Below are positions 42,854-53,984 of a stretch of 64,000 bases of DNA, in pieces; the stretch's first letter is position 1, and every line of letters starts with the position of its first letter. The notes under the pieces were generated by a model. It made no database searches. It was not told where the DNA came from and saw only the letters and a program-made list of their open reading frames with translations. The stretch is taken from the NCBI GenBank assembly GCA_963823035.1, contig CAWGKG010000020.1, positions 340,261-404,260 of the forward strand, in the 5' to 3' direction. This DNA comes from an uncultured Gemmatimonadales bacterium. GTDB taxonomy: Bacteria > Gemmatimonadota > Gemmatimonadetes > Longimicrobiales > Gaopeijiaceae. Position numbers and translations under genes: made by a program.

Positions 42854-43979
42854 GGCGCTCTCCAACCGCCGCCTCGGAAGGCGGCGCCCGCTCGGGGAAC
42901 CGGACCTTCGCGGTGAATCCCCTCCCGGGCGCCGTGGTCCAGGACACGGACGCCGTCTCCCCGTAGAGGGCTTCCAGGCGACGCGCGAGGAGCTGAAGCC
43001 CATGCTCGAAGGCCGCGGCCACCGCCTCCGGGTCCGCGCCCTCACCGTCGTCGGCCACGGTCAGCGCCAGGCTTCCCTCGTGAGCCGTGATCGCGACCGT
43101 GATGGTCCCACCCTCCGGACGGGGCTCGAGCCCGTGCCGCACGGCATTGTCCAGGAGCGTCTGCAGGGCGAACGCGGGCACCATCACCTGCGCGGGCTCG
43201 ACCTCGACCTTCCACACGACGCGGAGCCGCTCCTCGAGGCGCAGCTTCTCGAGCGCAAGGTAGCGACGCGCGACCTCGAGCTCCTTCGCGAGCGGAACCA
43301 GGTCGATGTCCCGGCGCTGCAGGATGGAGGCGTAGCGTATCAACTCGGCCACGTCCTCGATGGCTTTCTCCGCGGTGGCCGGGTCCGCGCGAACCAGGAG
43401 CATGAGGGAGTGGAGGGTGTTGAAGACGAAGTGCGGGTTGAACTGGGCCCGCAGCGACTTGGCCTCCGCCTGGGCCCGCAGCATGGCTTCGCGTGCGGCC
43501 AGGGTCCGGCTCTCGTGGACCCGACGGAGCGACTCGGCCCACATGAGGAATCCGGCCAGGATCGCGTAGAGGAAGAGCGCGGTCAGGGTGCGGAGCAGCA
43601 GGGTCGCGACCAGGCCGGTGGGGTGCGTCATGTGCTCCTCCCACCCGGTGAGGGTCAGGAGGAGGGTGGTCACGGCGGCGGAGGCGACGGCGAAGAGGAT
43701 GCCCACTCCCAGGTGCACGAGAACCGTCCGCGCCAGGCTCCGCTCAGGGCGCAGGAGGTTGCGGCGACGCAACGCCACCAGGACGCTCAGCGTCGCGGTG
43801 GGAAGCGTGTTCGCCGAGGCCAGGCCGAGGGACAGCATGAACCCCACGCCCGCTTCGTTCAGGGCCGCGGTGACATAGAGCCCCTCGTACGCCACCCAGG
43901 CCGCGACGAAGATCCCCCAGAAGCCGCGGTCGCCGAGGGCGACCCCGTCCGGCGAGGGTCCGGTGCGGCTGTCGTGCAT
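42726..43979 (-). CDS. LytS/YehU-type sensor histidine kinase (true stop may lie near 42850)
   Basis: N-terminal TMs; LRAQFNPHFVFNTL; LQTLLDNAVRHG; DDGEG. Confidence 0.9.
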   Translation of the reverse strand: MHDSRTGPSPDGVALGDRGFWGIFVAAWVAYEGLYVTAALNEAGVGFMLSLGLASANTLPTATLSVLVALRRRNLLRPERSLARTVLVHLGVGILFAVASAAVTTLLLTLTGWEEHMTHPTGLVATLLLRTLTALFLYAILAGFLMWAESLRRVHESRTLAAREAMLRAQAEAKSLRAQFNPHFVFNTLHSLMLLVRADPATAEKAIEDVAELIRYASILQRRDIDLVPLAKELEVARRYLALEKLRLEERLRVVWKVEVEPAQVMVPAFALQTLLDNAVRHGLEPRPEGGTITVAITAHEGSLALTVADDGEGADPEAVAAAFEHGLQLLARRLEALYGETASVSWTTAPGRGFTAKVRFPERAPPSEAAVGERRDRDRRPGHDPRAHLRGRAAGGAGHPRVPAGRRLDRSGGRGA

Positions 43980-44072
43980 CCGAGTTCTCCACGTGAGGGG
44001 GCCGGGCGTCGCCGCCGTCCGTCCGGCCGAATCTATAGAGGTCGGGCACCCGCTTGGGCCAGGGCGGGCCGC

Positions 44073-46493
44073 CTACGGGTCGCGTAGCGCCCGGGCCGGA
44101 TCCGTGGCCGAGGCCCGGAAGGCCGGAAGGAGGCTCGCGGCCACCGTGACGGAGAACAGGATGCCGGCCACCACGAAGCCCGTGTCGCTCCGCACCGTGA
44201 CGAACCCCGCGAGCAGGCTGCGCACCAGGCGCGTGAGGGGGATCATCACGAGTCCGCCGATGCCCAGGCCCAGGGCCGACATCACGAGGCCCTGCTTCGT
44301 CACCATCCTCACCACCGCACCCGCCTGGGCACCGACGGCCATGCGGATCCCGATCTCGTGGCGCCGCTGGCTCACCTGGTAGGCCAGCACTCCGTAGGTC
44401 CCGAGGGAGGCCAGCAGGATCGCCAGGATGCCGAAGCTCCCCAGGATCGTGTTGAACACGTTCACCCCCACGAAGAACTGGTCCGTGAACTCCTCCATCG
44501 TCAGGACGCTGGCGAGCGTGAGGTCGGGGTCGAGCGCCTGGACCTCGAGGCGGAGCGGCTCCTTGAGGCCGGCGGGGTCGCCCGCGGCCCGCACCGCCAG
44601 CGTGTAGCCGCCCTTCGGCGTCTGGGCCGCCGGGAGGTAGATCGCCTCCGACTCCACCTGCCCCGGTGTCGTGAAGAGGACCTGCTGGACGTCGGACACC
44701 ACGCCCACGATCTCCCGTGCGGCGCCACGGAGCTCGAGGATCCGGCCCACGGGGCTCTCGTTCGCGAACCACTTCTCCGCGAAGGAGCGGTTGACCACCA
44801 CCACGGGGGGCTGGTCCGGCCCGTCGCCGTCCTCGAAGAAGCGGCCCCGGAGCACGTCGATGCCGAACACGTCGGGATACGCCGGGGACGCCTGCAGCGC
44901 GAAGGCCCGGGGCGCGGCTGCCGCCGGATCGATCTCCCTCCCCTGCACGTGGAACGAATCGGTGGGGGCCTGCACGTTGCGGGGCAGGACGTTCACGACG
45001 GCCACCGCGCGCGCACCCTCCAGTCCGCGCGCCCGCTCGAGCAGTTGGTGGAGCAGGACCAGACGCTGCTCGTCCGTGGGGTAGCGGGAGTCCGGCACGC
45101 GCACGCCCGCCGTGAGGATCGCCGAGCCGTCGAAGCCCGGGTCCTTCCCCTGGAGGGCCAGGAAGCTGCGTACCATCATCCCGCCCCCGCCCAGCGCCAG
45201 GAGCGAGAGGGCGATCTCGGCCACCACCAGGCCCCGCGTCACCAGCTTGCGGCTCCGGCCGCCGGTGGACCGACCGCTACCCTCCTGGAGCGCTTCGGCC
45301 TGTCCCGCCCGGAAGGTCTGCACCGCCGGAACCAGGCCGACGAGCAGCCCGGCCAGCACCGACACGCCCACCGTGAAGAGGACGACGCTGCCGTCCAGTC
45401 GCGGAACGTAGTTGGTGGGGAGCACGTCCACGAAGCGGTTCGCCATCACGCGCAGCCCGTACCAGCCCAGCCCGAGACCGAGGAGCGCACCCACCGCGAC
45501 GAGGACCCCGCTCTCCGTGAGGAGCTGGCGTACGATGCGCCCGCGGTTCGCGCCGAGCGCCGTGCGCAGCGCGATCTCGCGTCGCCGCTCCTGGCCCCGC
45601 GCCATCAGCAGGTTCGTGATGTTCGCGCAGGCGATGAGGAGCACGAAGAACACCGAGCCCTGGAGGAGCGCGTAGAAGATCTGCGTCCGTGCGCCGGGGA
45701 TGTCCGTGCGTGCGTTGAACACGTCCACGGTCCAGTCCCTCTGCACGCCCGGGTGCTCCTCCTCGAGCCGAGCGGCCAGCCCCGTCATCTCGGCACGGAC
45801 CTGTTCCATCGTGGCCGACGGCGCCAGCCGCCCGATCGCCACGACGTCGCGTCGGTCGCGGGGGCTTCCCGTGGGGCTCTCCGTGAGCGGCACCCATACG
45901 TCGGCGTTGATGAAGAGGAACGTGAAGCTCTCGGGCACGACGCCCACGACCTCGTAGGGCTCGCCGTCCAGCGTGAGGATCCGGCCGACGGGCTCGTCGA
46001 CGTCACCCTGGGTGCGTTCCCAGAACTCGGGTGTGACCATCGCGACGCGCGGGCCGCCCTCGACGCCCTCGTCCGGCCGGAACGTGCGACCCCGCGCGGC
46101 GTGGATGCCCAGGAGGTCGAAGAAGCCGATCGTCACCTGGGCCCCCGTCACGGGCTCGGAACGCTCCGGGCCCCGCAGGCCCAGCGTGGTGGGGCGGTAG
46201 GCTGCCCAGGCGGAGGTGGTGCGGCTCTGCTCCGCGAGGTCCGCGTAGTTCGCCAGCGACGTGGCGAGCGTGGAGAGGTTCGCGGGCGATTCCTTCTTCC
46301 GCTCCTGCAGCACCACGAGGCGTTCGGGCGCCTGCGCGCTCATGGGCCGGAAGAGAAGGCTGTCGATCAGCCCGAAGACCGCGGTGTTCCCCCCGATGGC
46401 CACCGCGAGCGACACGATCGCCACCAGCGTGACCCCCCATCCGTTGCGCAGCGTCCGCAGACCGAAGCGGACGTCCTGAAGCAGCTCGGACAT
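44073..46493 (-). CDS. ADOP/MacB-type duplicated ABC permease
   Basis: LLQDVRFGLR, LLIACANITNL..RRREIALR, RRHEIGIRMAVGA, DPARALR. Confidence 0.93.
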   Translation of the reverse strand: MSELLQDVRFGLRTLRNGWGVTLVAIVSLAVAIGGNTAVFGLIDSLLFRPMSAQAPERLVVLQERKKESPANLSTLATSLANYADLAEQSRTTSAWAAYRPTTLGLRGPERSEPVTGAQVTIGFFDLLGIHAARGRTFRPDEGVEGGPRVAMVTPEFWERTQGDVDEPVGRILTLDGEPYEVVGVVPESFTFLFINADVWVPLTESPTGSPRDRRDVVAIGRLAPSATMEQVRAEMTGLAARLEEEHPGVQRDWTVDVFNARTDIPGARTQIFYALLQGSVFFVLLIACANITNLLMARGQERRREIALRTALGANRGRIVRQLLTESGVLVAVGALLGLGLGWYGLRVMANRFVDVLPTNYVPRLDGSVVLFTVGVSVLAGLLVGLVPAVQTFRAGQAEALQEGSGRSTGGRSRKLVTRGLVVAEIALSLLALGGGGMMVRSFLALQGKDPGFDGSAILTAGVRVPDSRYPTDEQRLVLLHQLLERARGLEGARAVAVVNVLPRNVQAPTDSFHVQGREIDPAAAAPRAFALQASPAYPDVFGIDVLRGRFFEDGDGPDQPPVVVVNRSFAEKWFANESPVGRILELRGAAREIVGVVSDVQQVLFTTPGQVESEAIYLPAAQTPKGGYTLAVRAAGDPAGLKEPLRLEVQALDPDLTLASVLTMEEFTDQFFVGVNVFNTILGSFGILAILLASLGTYGVLAYQVSQRRHEIGIRMAVGAQAGAVVRMVTKQGLVMSALGLGIGGLVMIPLTRLVRSLLAGFVTVRSDTGFVVAGILFSVTVAASLLPAFRASATDPARALRDP

Positions 46494-46640
46494 GCTCCCC
46501 CTCCCTCCTCCTCGTGACCCCCCGGGCTCATGCCTCGAAGGGTGGAAGACGGGAAAGGGGGAACCGAAGCGCTTCCTCGTGAGCGGGCCCCACCGGCCCC
46601 GGACGGGCCGAATCCGGACCCGAGCGGCGGGGCCCCGGCC

Positions 46641-47942
46641 TCAGGGGACGATCGGCGCCAGCCCCGCTTCGGCCACCAGGAGTAGGAGTGCCCGCTGGAT
46701 GGCGAGGTGCCCATCGCGGTTGATCCACCACTCGCCGGGGGCGTGGTTCTCCCCGCCCACGCCGCCGCGACCGATCGTCACCGCGGGAACGCCGAGCGAG
46801 ATGGGGATGTTCGAGTTCGTCGACGAGCGCCCGAGGTCCGCCTCGGCGCCGAAGTGCGTGGTGGTGGCGATCGCGCGCTGCACGAGCGGCGCCTTCGGGT
46901 CCATCTCTCCGGACGGCCGGTCCCCGATCATGTCGAGGTCGACCGTGAGCGCTTCCCCGCGCCGCTTGAGGCCGTTCTCCTCCTCGAGGGCGCGCTGCAT
47001 CGCCGCGTGCAGGGCGGCGTCGATCGTCTCGAGGCTCCGTGGGCTCTCCGAGCGCATGTCGATCTCCGCCCACGCCTCGAAGGGGATCGCGTTCACGGAG
47101 GTGCCGCCGCCGATCACGCCCACGTTGTAGCTCGTGCGCGGGCCCTTCCGGGTCAACGTGTCCGCGGCGTCCTGGAAGTAGCGGATGCCGCGCGCGAGCG
47201 CGTGCGCCGGGTTCGCCAGCCCGAAGGCGCCCCACGAGTGGCCGCCGGGCCCGTGGTAGGTCACGCGGTAGCGGTGGGAGCCCAGCCCCATGCTCGTGAT
47301 GCCGCCGAGGCCGCCACCGTCCACCTCGATCCACGCGTCGATCGGGTCGGCGCCCTCACGGAAGAGGCGCTTCATTCCGCGCAGATCGCCGAGCCCCTCC
47401 TCGCCGACCGTGCCCACGAAGTAGACGTCGTCGTCGGTCTCCAGGCCCGCCTCCTCCATCGCGCGCAGCACCGTGAGCACGACCACGAGCCCTCTCGTGT
47501 CGTCGCCGATGCCCGGCGCGAACAGCGTGTCGCCGCGCTGGTGGACGGTCACGTCCGTCCCCTCGGGGAAGACCGTGTCCAGATGCCCGTCGAGCGCGAC
47601 GGTCCGCCGCCCCCGGCGCCCCTTCCGGAGACCGACCACGTTCCCCACCTCGTCGATCCAAACCGAGTCCGCGCCGGCCTCGCGCAGGAGCTCGGCGTAG
47701 CGCTTCGCGCGCGCGGCCTCGCCGAAGGGCGGGGAGGGGATCTGCGTGAGCTCGAGGAGGCGCTCCATCCCCCACGGGTCGAGGGCCTCGACGCGCGCAA
47801 AGGCCTCGCGGACCAGCGCGTTCGAGGCGAGGGCATCCACCTGCTGCGTGTACTGGGCGTCGACCGTCTGGGCGGGGAGGCGGGACGCGAGTGCGAGGGC
47901 GAGGACGGAAAGTGCGAGGACCGGACGTCGGATCGGCGGCAC
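46641..47942 (-). CDS. M20/M25/M40 family metallo-hydrolase, secreted
   Basis: GHLDTVF, PGIGDD, VGEEGLGDL, GGTSVNAIP, STNSN, H..EW; AAGGAG RBS before GTG. Confidence 0.88.
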   Translation of the reverse strand: MPPIRRPVLALSVLALALASRLPAQTVDAQYTQQVDALASNALVREAFARVEALDPWGMERLLELTQIPSPPFGEAARAKRYAELLREAGADSVWIDEVGNVVGLRKGRRGRRTVALDGHLDTVFPEGTDVTVHQRGDTLFAPGIGDDTRGLVVVLTVLRAMEEAGLETDDDVYFVGTVGEEGLGDLRGMKRLFREGADPIDAWIEVDGGGLGGITSMGLGSHRYRVTYHGPGGHSWGAFGLANPAHALARGIRYFQDAADTLTRKGPRTSYNVGVIGGGTSVNAIPFEAWAEIDMRSESPRSLETIDAALHAAMQRALEEENGLKRRGEALTVDLDMIGDRPSGEMDPKAPLVQRAIATTTHFGAEADLGRSSTNSNIPISLGVPAVTIGRGGVGGENHAPGEWWINRDGHLAIQRALLLLVAEAGLAPIVP

Positions 47943-47993
47943 GGCGGGCTCCTTGGAGGACGGGGGGAGCAACATCGTGCCCACCGCCCGGCC

Positions 47994-48879
47994 CTACAAG
48001 GCGTCGGGTGGCTCTCCGGGGTCGGCCGCGGAAGGCGGGCGCAGCGACTCGATCGCGAAGGCCGACATCTCCGCCGCGAGTGCCTCCGGCGTGCGGTCCC
48101 GGACCGGGAAACGCTTCGCGACGACGTGCGTTCCGTCCGTCTGGCGCACCGCCTGCAGGAACACCGTCGAGTCGGCGGTGCGCGCGCCTCCCGAGACGAC
48201 GAAGTCGGCGGACAGGCTCGTCCCGATCGACGCGGGCGGGATCCCGTCCCGTACCAGGGGCCCCGTGGTGAGCGGGCCTACCACGCCGAGCCGCCCCCCG
48301 TCGGCGGCCGTCAGTTCCAGCACCAGCGCGTCGCCGAGGGCTCGGTTGAAGGCCGTGAAGACGGTCGAGCCGGAGTCCGGGTCCGCGAGGGGGAGGACCA
48401 CCACGGTGACGCGCGCGGCGGTCGGGGTGCCGCGACCGAGCCAGCGGATGCCGAAGAGGATCGCGGCGATCGCGACCGCGCCGACCGCAAGCCAACGCCC
48501 CAGGAGACGCGAGGCGGAGGGGCCCGCGGCCACCGGCGCCGCCGTTCCCCCGGGCGACCCCTCCACGGGCACGAGGAAGCGGTAGCCCCGGCGGGGAAGC
48601 GTCTCGATGAAGCGGGGGGCGTCGGCGCTCTCGGCGAGCGCCGTCGCGGATCTGTCGGATGCAGTAGTTGATCCCCTGGTCGAACTCGACCTTGGTGTCG
48701 GGCCACACCGCCAGGCGCAGCTCGTCGCGCGTGACCAGCTCCCCGGCGCGGGAGGCGAGCAGCGCCAGCACCGCGGCCGGCTGCGGCTGCAGGCGCTCGA
48801 CACCCTCCGGGCCGACCAGCTCGCCGGTCGCCGGGTCGAAGGAGAAGTCGCCGAAGCGGAGGAGGGGGGTCGGATCCAT
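47994..48879 (-). CDS. CadC/OmpR-type winged-helix regulator with TM and TolB-like domain (frameshift ~48650)
   Basis: RFGDFSFD, LVTRDELR..VW, FIETLPRRGYRF, TM segment, VVVLP. Confidence 0.85.
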
Positions 48880-48972
48880 CCGCCCAACCTAGGACCTGAT
48901 CCCGGGGGATGTCCAGTTCTGCGCGCCCCGGGCGCGAGGCCGAAAAGCGTTGAAGGGCAATGACTTGCGCCG

Positions 48973-49000
48973 CCTCATCGTTTCCTCATCGTCCTCCTCA
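48973..49000. promoter_or_regulatory. Tandem CCTCA(TCGT) direct repeats, candidate winged-helix operator
   Basis: cctcatcgt at 48973 and 48984 and cctca at 48996, i.e. 11-12 bp period, in the divergent intergenic region. Confidence 0.45.
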
Positions 49001-49075
49001 GGCGCGGTCGATTGCCCGGGGGTCGGGTCTGCGGCAACCCTGCGGCGTCCGGCAACCCGAACGCGGAGGTGCACG

Positions 49076-49886
49076 ATGGACGGAGGTTTCGATCGCAGGC
49101 GGTTCCTGATGGGACTCGCGGCGCTGCCCGCACTTCCCGGCCTCTCGCCGCATGGCACCTCGCGGCGGCGCACCGCGCGCGCGGAGGCGCCCTCCCATTT
49201 TCCCGCACCAGGACCCGGCGCTCGTCTCCGCGGTGGTCGGGGCGTCCCACCGGGACCTCGACCGGGTACGGGAGCTCGTGGACGCGCGGCCCGCGCTGGC
49301 GAGGGCCTCGTGGGACTGGGGCTTCGGGGACTGGGAGACCGCGCTCGGCGCGGCGTCCCACGTGGGGCGGCCGGACATTGCGGACTACCTCATCGCGCAC
49401 GGCGCCCGCCCCAACCTCTTCACGTGGACGATGCTCGGGCGCCTGGACGTCGTGCGCGCCGCGATCCAGGCGTCTCCCGGGGTCGAGGCCATCCCGGGCC
49501 CGCACGGGATCACGCTGCTGGCGCACGCGCGCGCCGGAGGCGGCGACGCGGCCGCGCCCGTCCTGGCCTACCTCGAGGAGCTGGGCACCGCGGACCCGCG
49601 TCCGGAGACCGTGTCGCTCACCGAGGAGGAGCGGGCGGCCCTGCTCGGCGTCTACGCGTTCGGCGCCGGCCCGGCGGAGCGCCTCGAGGTCATCGAGACG
49701 CGCGGCATGCTCCAGGTGCGCGTGCCGGAGGGCGTCGCCCGCAACCTCTTCCACGTGGGCGACTGGAGCTTCCACCCGGCCGGGGTGCCGTACGTGCGCG
49801 TGGTGTTCGAGCGGGTGGGCGCTGCGGCCACGGGGCTCACGCTGACCGATGCCGACCTGCGCCTGGAGGCGCGGCGCGTGGCCTGA
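49076..49886 (+). CDS. Tat-exported ankyrin-like protein (frameshifted ~49150-49205)
   Basis: DRRRFLMG Tat motif; VGASH, WDWGFGDWETALGAASHVG, GPHGITLLAHA. Confidence 0.75.
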
Positions 49887-50015
49887 CGACCCCGGGGAGG
49901 CGCGCGGCGCGGGAGGTGGCGTCGTCTCGAAAGGGCTGAACTTCCGGGCAGACATCGATTAGCTTAAAAGGCTATACCGAACACGTCTGCTCGCGCCCTC
50001 GACGGCGCTTCTGCC

Positions 50016-51864
50016 ATGAAGATCCGCAACATCGCCATCATCGCCCACGTGGACCACGGCAAGACGACCCTGGTGGACCAGATGTTCCGCCAGTCGGGTG
50101 TCTTCCGCGAGAACCAGCACGTCCAGGAGCGCGCGATGGACTCGAACCCGCTCGAGCGCGAGCGGGGCATCACGATCCTGGCGAAGAACACGGCCGTGGA
50201 CTGGGGCGACGTGAAGATCAACATCGTCGACACCCCCGGGCACGCCGACTTCGGCGGCGAGGTCGAGCGCATCCTGCGCATGGTGGACGGCGTGGTCCTC
50301 CTGGTGGACGCCGCCGAGGGGCCGATGCCGCAGACGCGCTTCGTGACGAGGAAGGCGCTGGAGCTCGGGCTCCTGCCCCTGGTCGTCGTGAACAAGGTCG
50401 ACCGCGCCGACGCGCGCACCCGCGAGGTGCACGACGAGGTGCTCGAGCTGTTCATGGACCTCGAGGCGAGCAACGCGCAGCTCGACGCCCCCTTCCTCTA
50501 CGCCTCCGGGCGTGAAGGGTGGGCCACGCGCGACCCGGACGCGCGCGGCGAGGACCTGACGCCGCTCTTCGACACGATCGTCTCGTACTTCCCGTCGCCC
50601 AAGGTCGACCACGCCGGCCACTTCCAGATGCTGATCTCCACGCTGGACTATTCGTCCTACGTGGGCCGGATCGCGATCGGGCGCATCGAGCGCGGCACGG
50701 TCGCGGTGGGTGACCGGGTCACGCTGCTGGCCTGGGGTGCCCCCGGGATGGTGGAGGACGACGCCGAGGCGGACGCGGCCCGCGTGATGAAGCTCTACAC
50801 CTTCCGCGGCCTGGAGCGCATCGACGTGGAGGAGGCCTCGGCGGGCGACATCGTGGCGCTGGCCGGCCTGGACGGCGTCGACATCGGCAAGACGATCACC
50901 GACCCCGAGTACCGGGAGCGGATGAAGGGGATCGCCGTGGAGGAGCCGACCCTCTCGGTCGACTTCAACGTCAACAACTCCCCCTTCGCCGGACGGTCCG
51001 GGAAGTTCGTGACCACGCGCCAGGTGCGCGAGCGCCTGTACCGGGAGCTGGAGCGGAACGTCGCGCTCCGCGTCGAGGACACGGACCAGCCGGACACCTT
51101 CACGGTGAGCGGTCGCGGTGAGCTGCACCTGTCGATCCTGATGGAGACGATGCGCCGCGAGGGCTACGAGTTCCAGGTGTCGCGCCCCCGGGTCATCACG
51201 CGCAGACTCGAGGGCGGCAAGCTGCTCGAGCCCTACGAGGAGGCCGTGGTCGAGGTGCCCTCCACCCTGGTCGGCACCGTCATCGAGAGGATGGGCCCGC
51301 GCAAGGCGGAGATGACCGAGATGCGTCCGATGGGCGACTCCGGCAACACGCGCCTCCACTTCCGTGTGCCGGCGCGCGGCCTCTTCGGCTACCGCAGCGA
51401 GTTCATGACCGACACGCGGGGCGAGGGCATCCTGCACCACACCTTCGACTCGTGGGGCCCGTGGGCCGGGCCGCTGCGCGGCCGGTCGCGGGGCGTGCTG
51501 GTGGCGGATCGGGAGGGCGTGGCCGTCGGCTTCGCGCTCTTCAACCTGCAGGAGCGCGCGACGATGTTCGTCAGCCCGGGCGACCCCGTGTACGGCGGGA
51601 TGATCGTGGGCGAGAACGTGCGCACGGACGACATGGACGTGAACGTGAGCAAGGAGAAGAAGCTCACGAACATGCGCACCACGGCGTCGGACGAGAACAT
51701 CAAGCTCGAGACGCCCCGGCAGGTCACGCCTCGAGCTCGCGCTGGAGTTCATCCAGGACGACGAGCTCATCGAGGTCACGCCCGACGCGATCCGGCTGCG
51801 CAAGCGCATCCTCGACCCCACCAAGCGCAAGAAGGCGCAGAAGGTCCTCGAGGGGATGGCGTAG
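50016..51864 (+). CDS. typA: Translational GTPase TypA/BipA (frameshift ~51730)
   Basis: [57 protein letters not shown]. Confidence 0.96.
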
Positions 51865-51885
51865 GGGCGGATCGCCCGCTCGGCG

Positions 51886-52992
51886 TCAGTCGGGCGGGGC
51901 CGCCGGCAGGACGCCGTTCACGATCACCCCCAGCACCTTCGCCGACAGCCCGGCCGGGATGCCCTTGCCGTCCACCAGCCCCCACTCCGTCGTGGCCACC
52001 ACGACCAGATCCCGCTCGGGCGCCACGTAGACGAACTGGCCGCCGTATCCCCACGCCATGAAGGCGGCGTGGTCCACGTCGGTCCACCAGAGGTAGCCGT
52101 ACGAGACGTCGGTCGGGCCCGCGCTGTCCCGCCACCCGTAGCGGCGCGTGGTGGCCTCCTCTACCCATCCGGCCGGGAGGATGCGCCGTCCGCCGGACCA
52201 CCCGTCCTGGAGGAAGAGCTGTCCCAGCCGAGCGAGGTCGCGCGGCCGCAGGTCCAGGCCGGCGCCGCCGTTCACGCGCCCGCCGAGCGGCTCCCATGCG
52301 CTTGCGGAGATCGCGAGGGGCCCGAAGAGCACCTCGTCCGCGAAGGCCGGCAGGGTCTTCCCGGTCGCCTCCTCGAGGACGATGCCCAGGAGGTGCACCG
52401 CCGCCGAGTTGTACGCGAAGGCGTCGCCCGGCGGGCTACCCTGCGGGGTGGCGAGGAGGTAGCCGATGGGATCCCCGGAGACGATCCAGTCGTTGTAGCC
52501 GATCGCCCCCGACTCGTGCCAATCCCATCCGCCGCTCATCGTCAGGAGGTCGCGCACGGTGATGGCGCGCTCCCAGTCCGCGAGCGTTGCCACGTCGCCG
52601 GGCAGCAGGTCCCCGAGCGTCTCGTCGAGGCTGGTCAGGTCGCCGCGGGCGAGCGCCAGGCCCGTGAGCGTCGACACGACGGACTTGGTCACAGAGCGCA
52701 CGTCGGCGAGGTCCGAGGCCGTGCGTCCGGCGAAATACCGCTCGTGCACGAGGCGGCCGCGCCGCACCACGAGCAGGCTGCGCAGGCGCGGAATGGCGTC
52801 CGCCATGGAATCGGCGCGGGCGAGCGCGGCCTCGTCGATTCCGACCGCGCTCGGCGGCGCGGTCTCCCAGGTGCGGGTGAGGTCGACGGGGGCGTCGAAG
52901 GCGACCGGCGCGATGGCGTCGGAGCACCCGCCGGCGAGGAGCACGACGAGCCACAGGACCGCGGCTCGTCGGTTCGCGAAACGGCTCGGCAT
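51886..52992 (-). CDS. Serine hydrolase (beta-lactamase/AmpC-like) lipoprotein
   Basis: Lipobox LAGGC; SVTKS, YNS, YGYLWW, GYGGQ. Confidence 0.88.
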   Translation of the reverse strand: MPSRFANRRAAVLWLVVLLAGGCSDAIAPVAFDAPVDLTRTWETAPPSAVGIDEAALARADSMADAIPRLRSLLVVRRGRLVHERYFAGRTASDLADVRSVTKSVVSTLTGLALARGDLTSLDETLGDLLPGDVATLADWERAITVRDLLTMSGGWDWHESGAIGYNDWIVSGDPIGYLLATPQGSPPGDAFAYNSAAVHLLGIVLEEATGKTLPAFADEVLFGPLAISASAWEPLGGRVNGGAGLDLRPRDLARLGQLFLQDGWSGGRRILPAGWVEEATTRRYGWRDSAGPTDVSYGYLWWTDVDHAAFMAWGYGGQFVYVAPERDLVVVATTEWGLVDGKGIPAGLSAKVLGVIVNGVLPAAPPD

Positions 52993-53066
52993 CAAGTCGA
53001 TCTCCACGCCTCCCATACGGGTGTCCGGGTGGACCCTTTCGCGGCGGTCCGGGTCCTGTGTGACCC

Positions 53067-53435
53067 ATGGAGACGAAGCCCGTGAACCTGGAGACGGAGG
53101 CCGGCGCGCTGGATGCGCTCTGGTCGCCCCGCGTGGTCGCCCGCGTCGGGGACCACTACGTCAAGGTCGCCCGCGTTCTGGGCGAGTTCGTCTGGCATGC
53201 CCACGAAGGACAGGACGAGCTCTTCCTGGTGCTCCGCGGCCGGCTGCTCATCCAGCTCGAAGACGGAGCGGTCGAGCTCGGTCCGGGCGACACGTTCGTG
53301 GTTCCGGCCGGCGTGCGCCACAACCCGGTGGCGGAGGAGGAGTGCTGGCTCGCCCTGATCGAGCCGGTCGAGACCCTGCATACCGGCGACGTCGTGGACG
53401 AACGCACGCGCACCATCCAGGAGCAGCTTCGTTAG
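53067..53435 (+). CDS. Cupin domain protein
   Basis: GEFVWHAH..DELF, VVPAGVRHNP. Confidence 0.9.
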   Translation: METKPVNLETEAGALDALWSPRVVARVGDHYVKVARVLGEFVWHAHEGQDELFLVLRGRLLIQLEDGAVELGPGDTFVVPAGVRHNPVAEEECWLALIEPVETLHTGDVVDERTRTIQEQLR

Positions 53436-53456
53436 CGACCCGCAGGAGTTTCCCCC

Positions 53457-53984
53457 ATGCCCCTGATCTTCAAGGATGGCGTTCCCGAGAACCACCATCC
53501 GCTCAACGTGGTGCAGGTTCCCGAGGACTTCGTCGCGGCCATCGACTCGGTCACGCGGCCGCCGCTCTACGAGGTCTACATGCGCATGGCGGAGGAGCTC
53601 GCGAAGCGGAGCACATGCGCGAGGCTGCAGGTGGGCACGGTGATCACGGACGCGAACCTCGAGCACGTTCTGGCGATCGGCTACAACGGCAACGCCCGGG
53701 GATTTCCGAACCGCTGTGACTCCGGGGAGGTCGGCAAGTGCGGCTGCATCCACTCGGAGATGAACGCCCTGGTGAAGGCGCGGGGCGACGTTCCGGGCAA
53801 GGTGGCCTTCGTGACGGCGAGCCCGTGCGTCATGTGCGCCAAGCTGATGATCCAGGCGAAGGTCACGCACGTGTTCTTCCGCGAGTCCTATCGCGACGCC
53901 TCCGGACTGGAGGTGCTCGACAAGGGCGGCATCGGCACGGTGTGCTACACCCGATGGAAGGACGCGTGGAGAGAGCGCGCGTGA
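53457..53984 (+). CDS. dCMP deaminase/ComEB-like Zn deaminase
   Basis: RSTC, GYNG, HSEMNAL, SPCVMC. Confidence 0.88.
   Translation: MPLIFKDGVPENHHPLNVVQVPEDFVAAIDSVTRPPLYEVYMRMAEELAKRSTCARLQVGTVITDANLEHVLAIGYNGNARGFPNRCDSGEVGKCGCIHSEMNALVKARGDVPGKVAFVTASPCVMCAKLMIQAKVTHVFFRESYRDASGLEVLDKGGIGTVCYTRWKDAWRERA

Noticed and set aside
50016..51864. Frameshifts in typA, udk, ligD and others as programmed frameshifting or pseudogenes
   Set aside because: Scattered single-base indels in conserved genes with intact motifs and no consistent slippery sites fit sequencing error better
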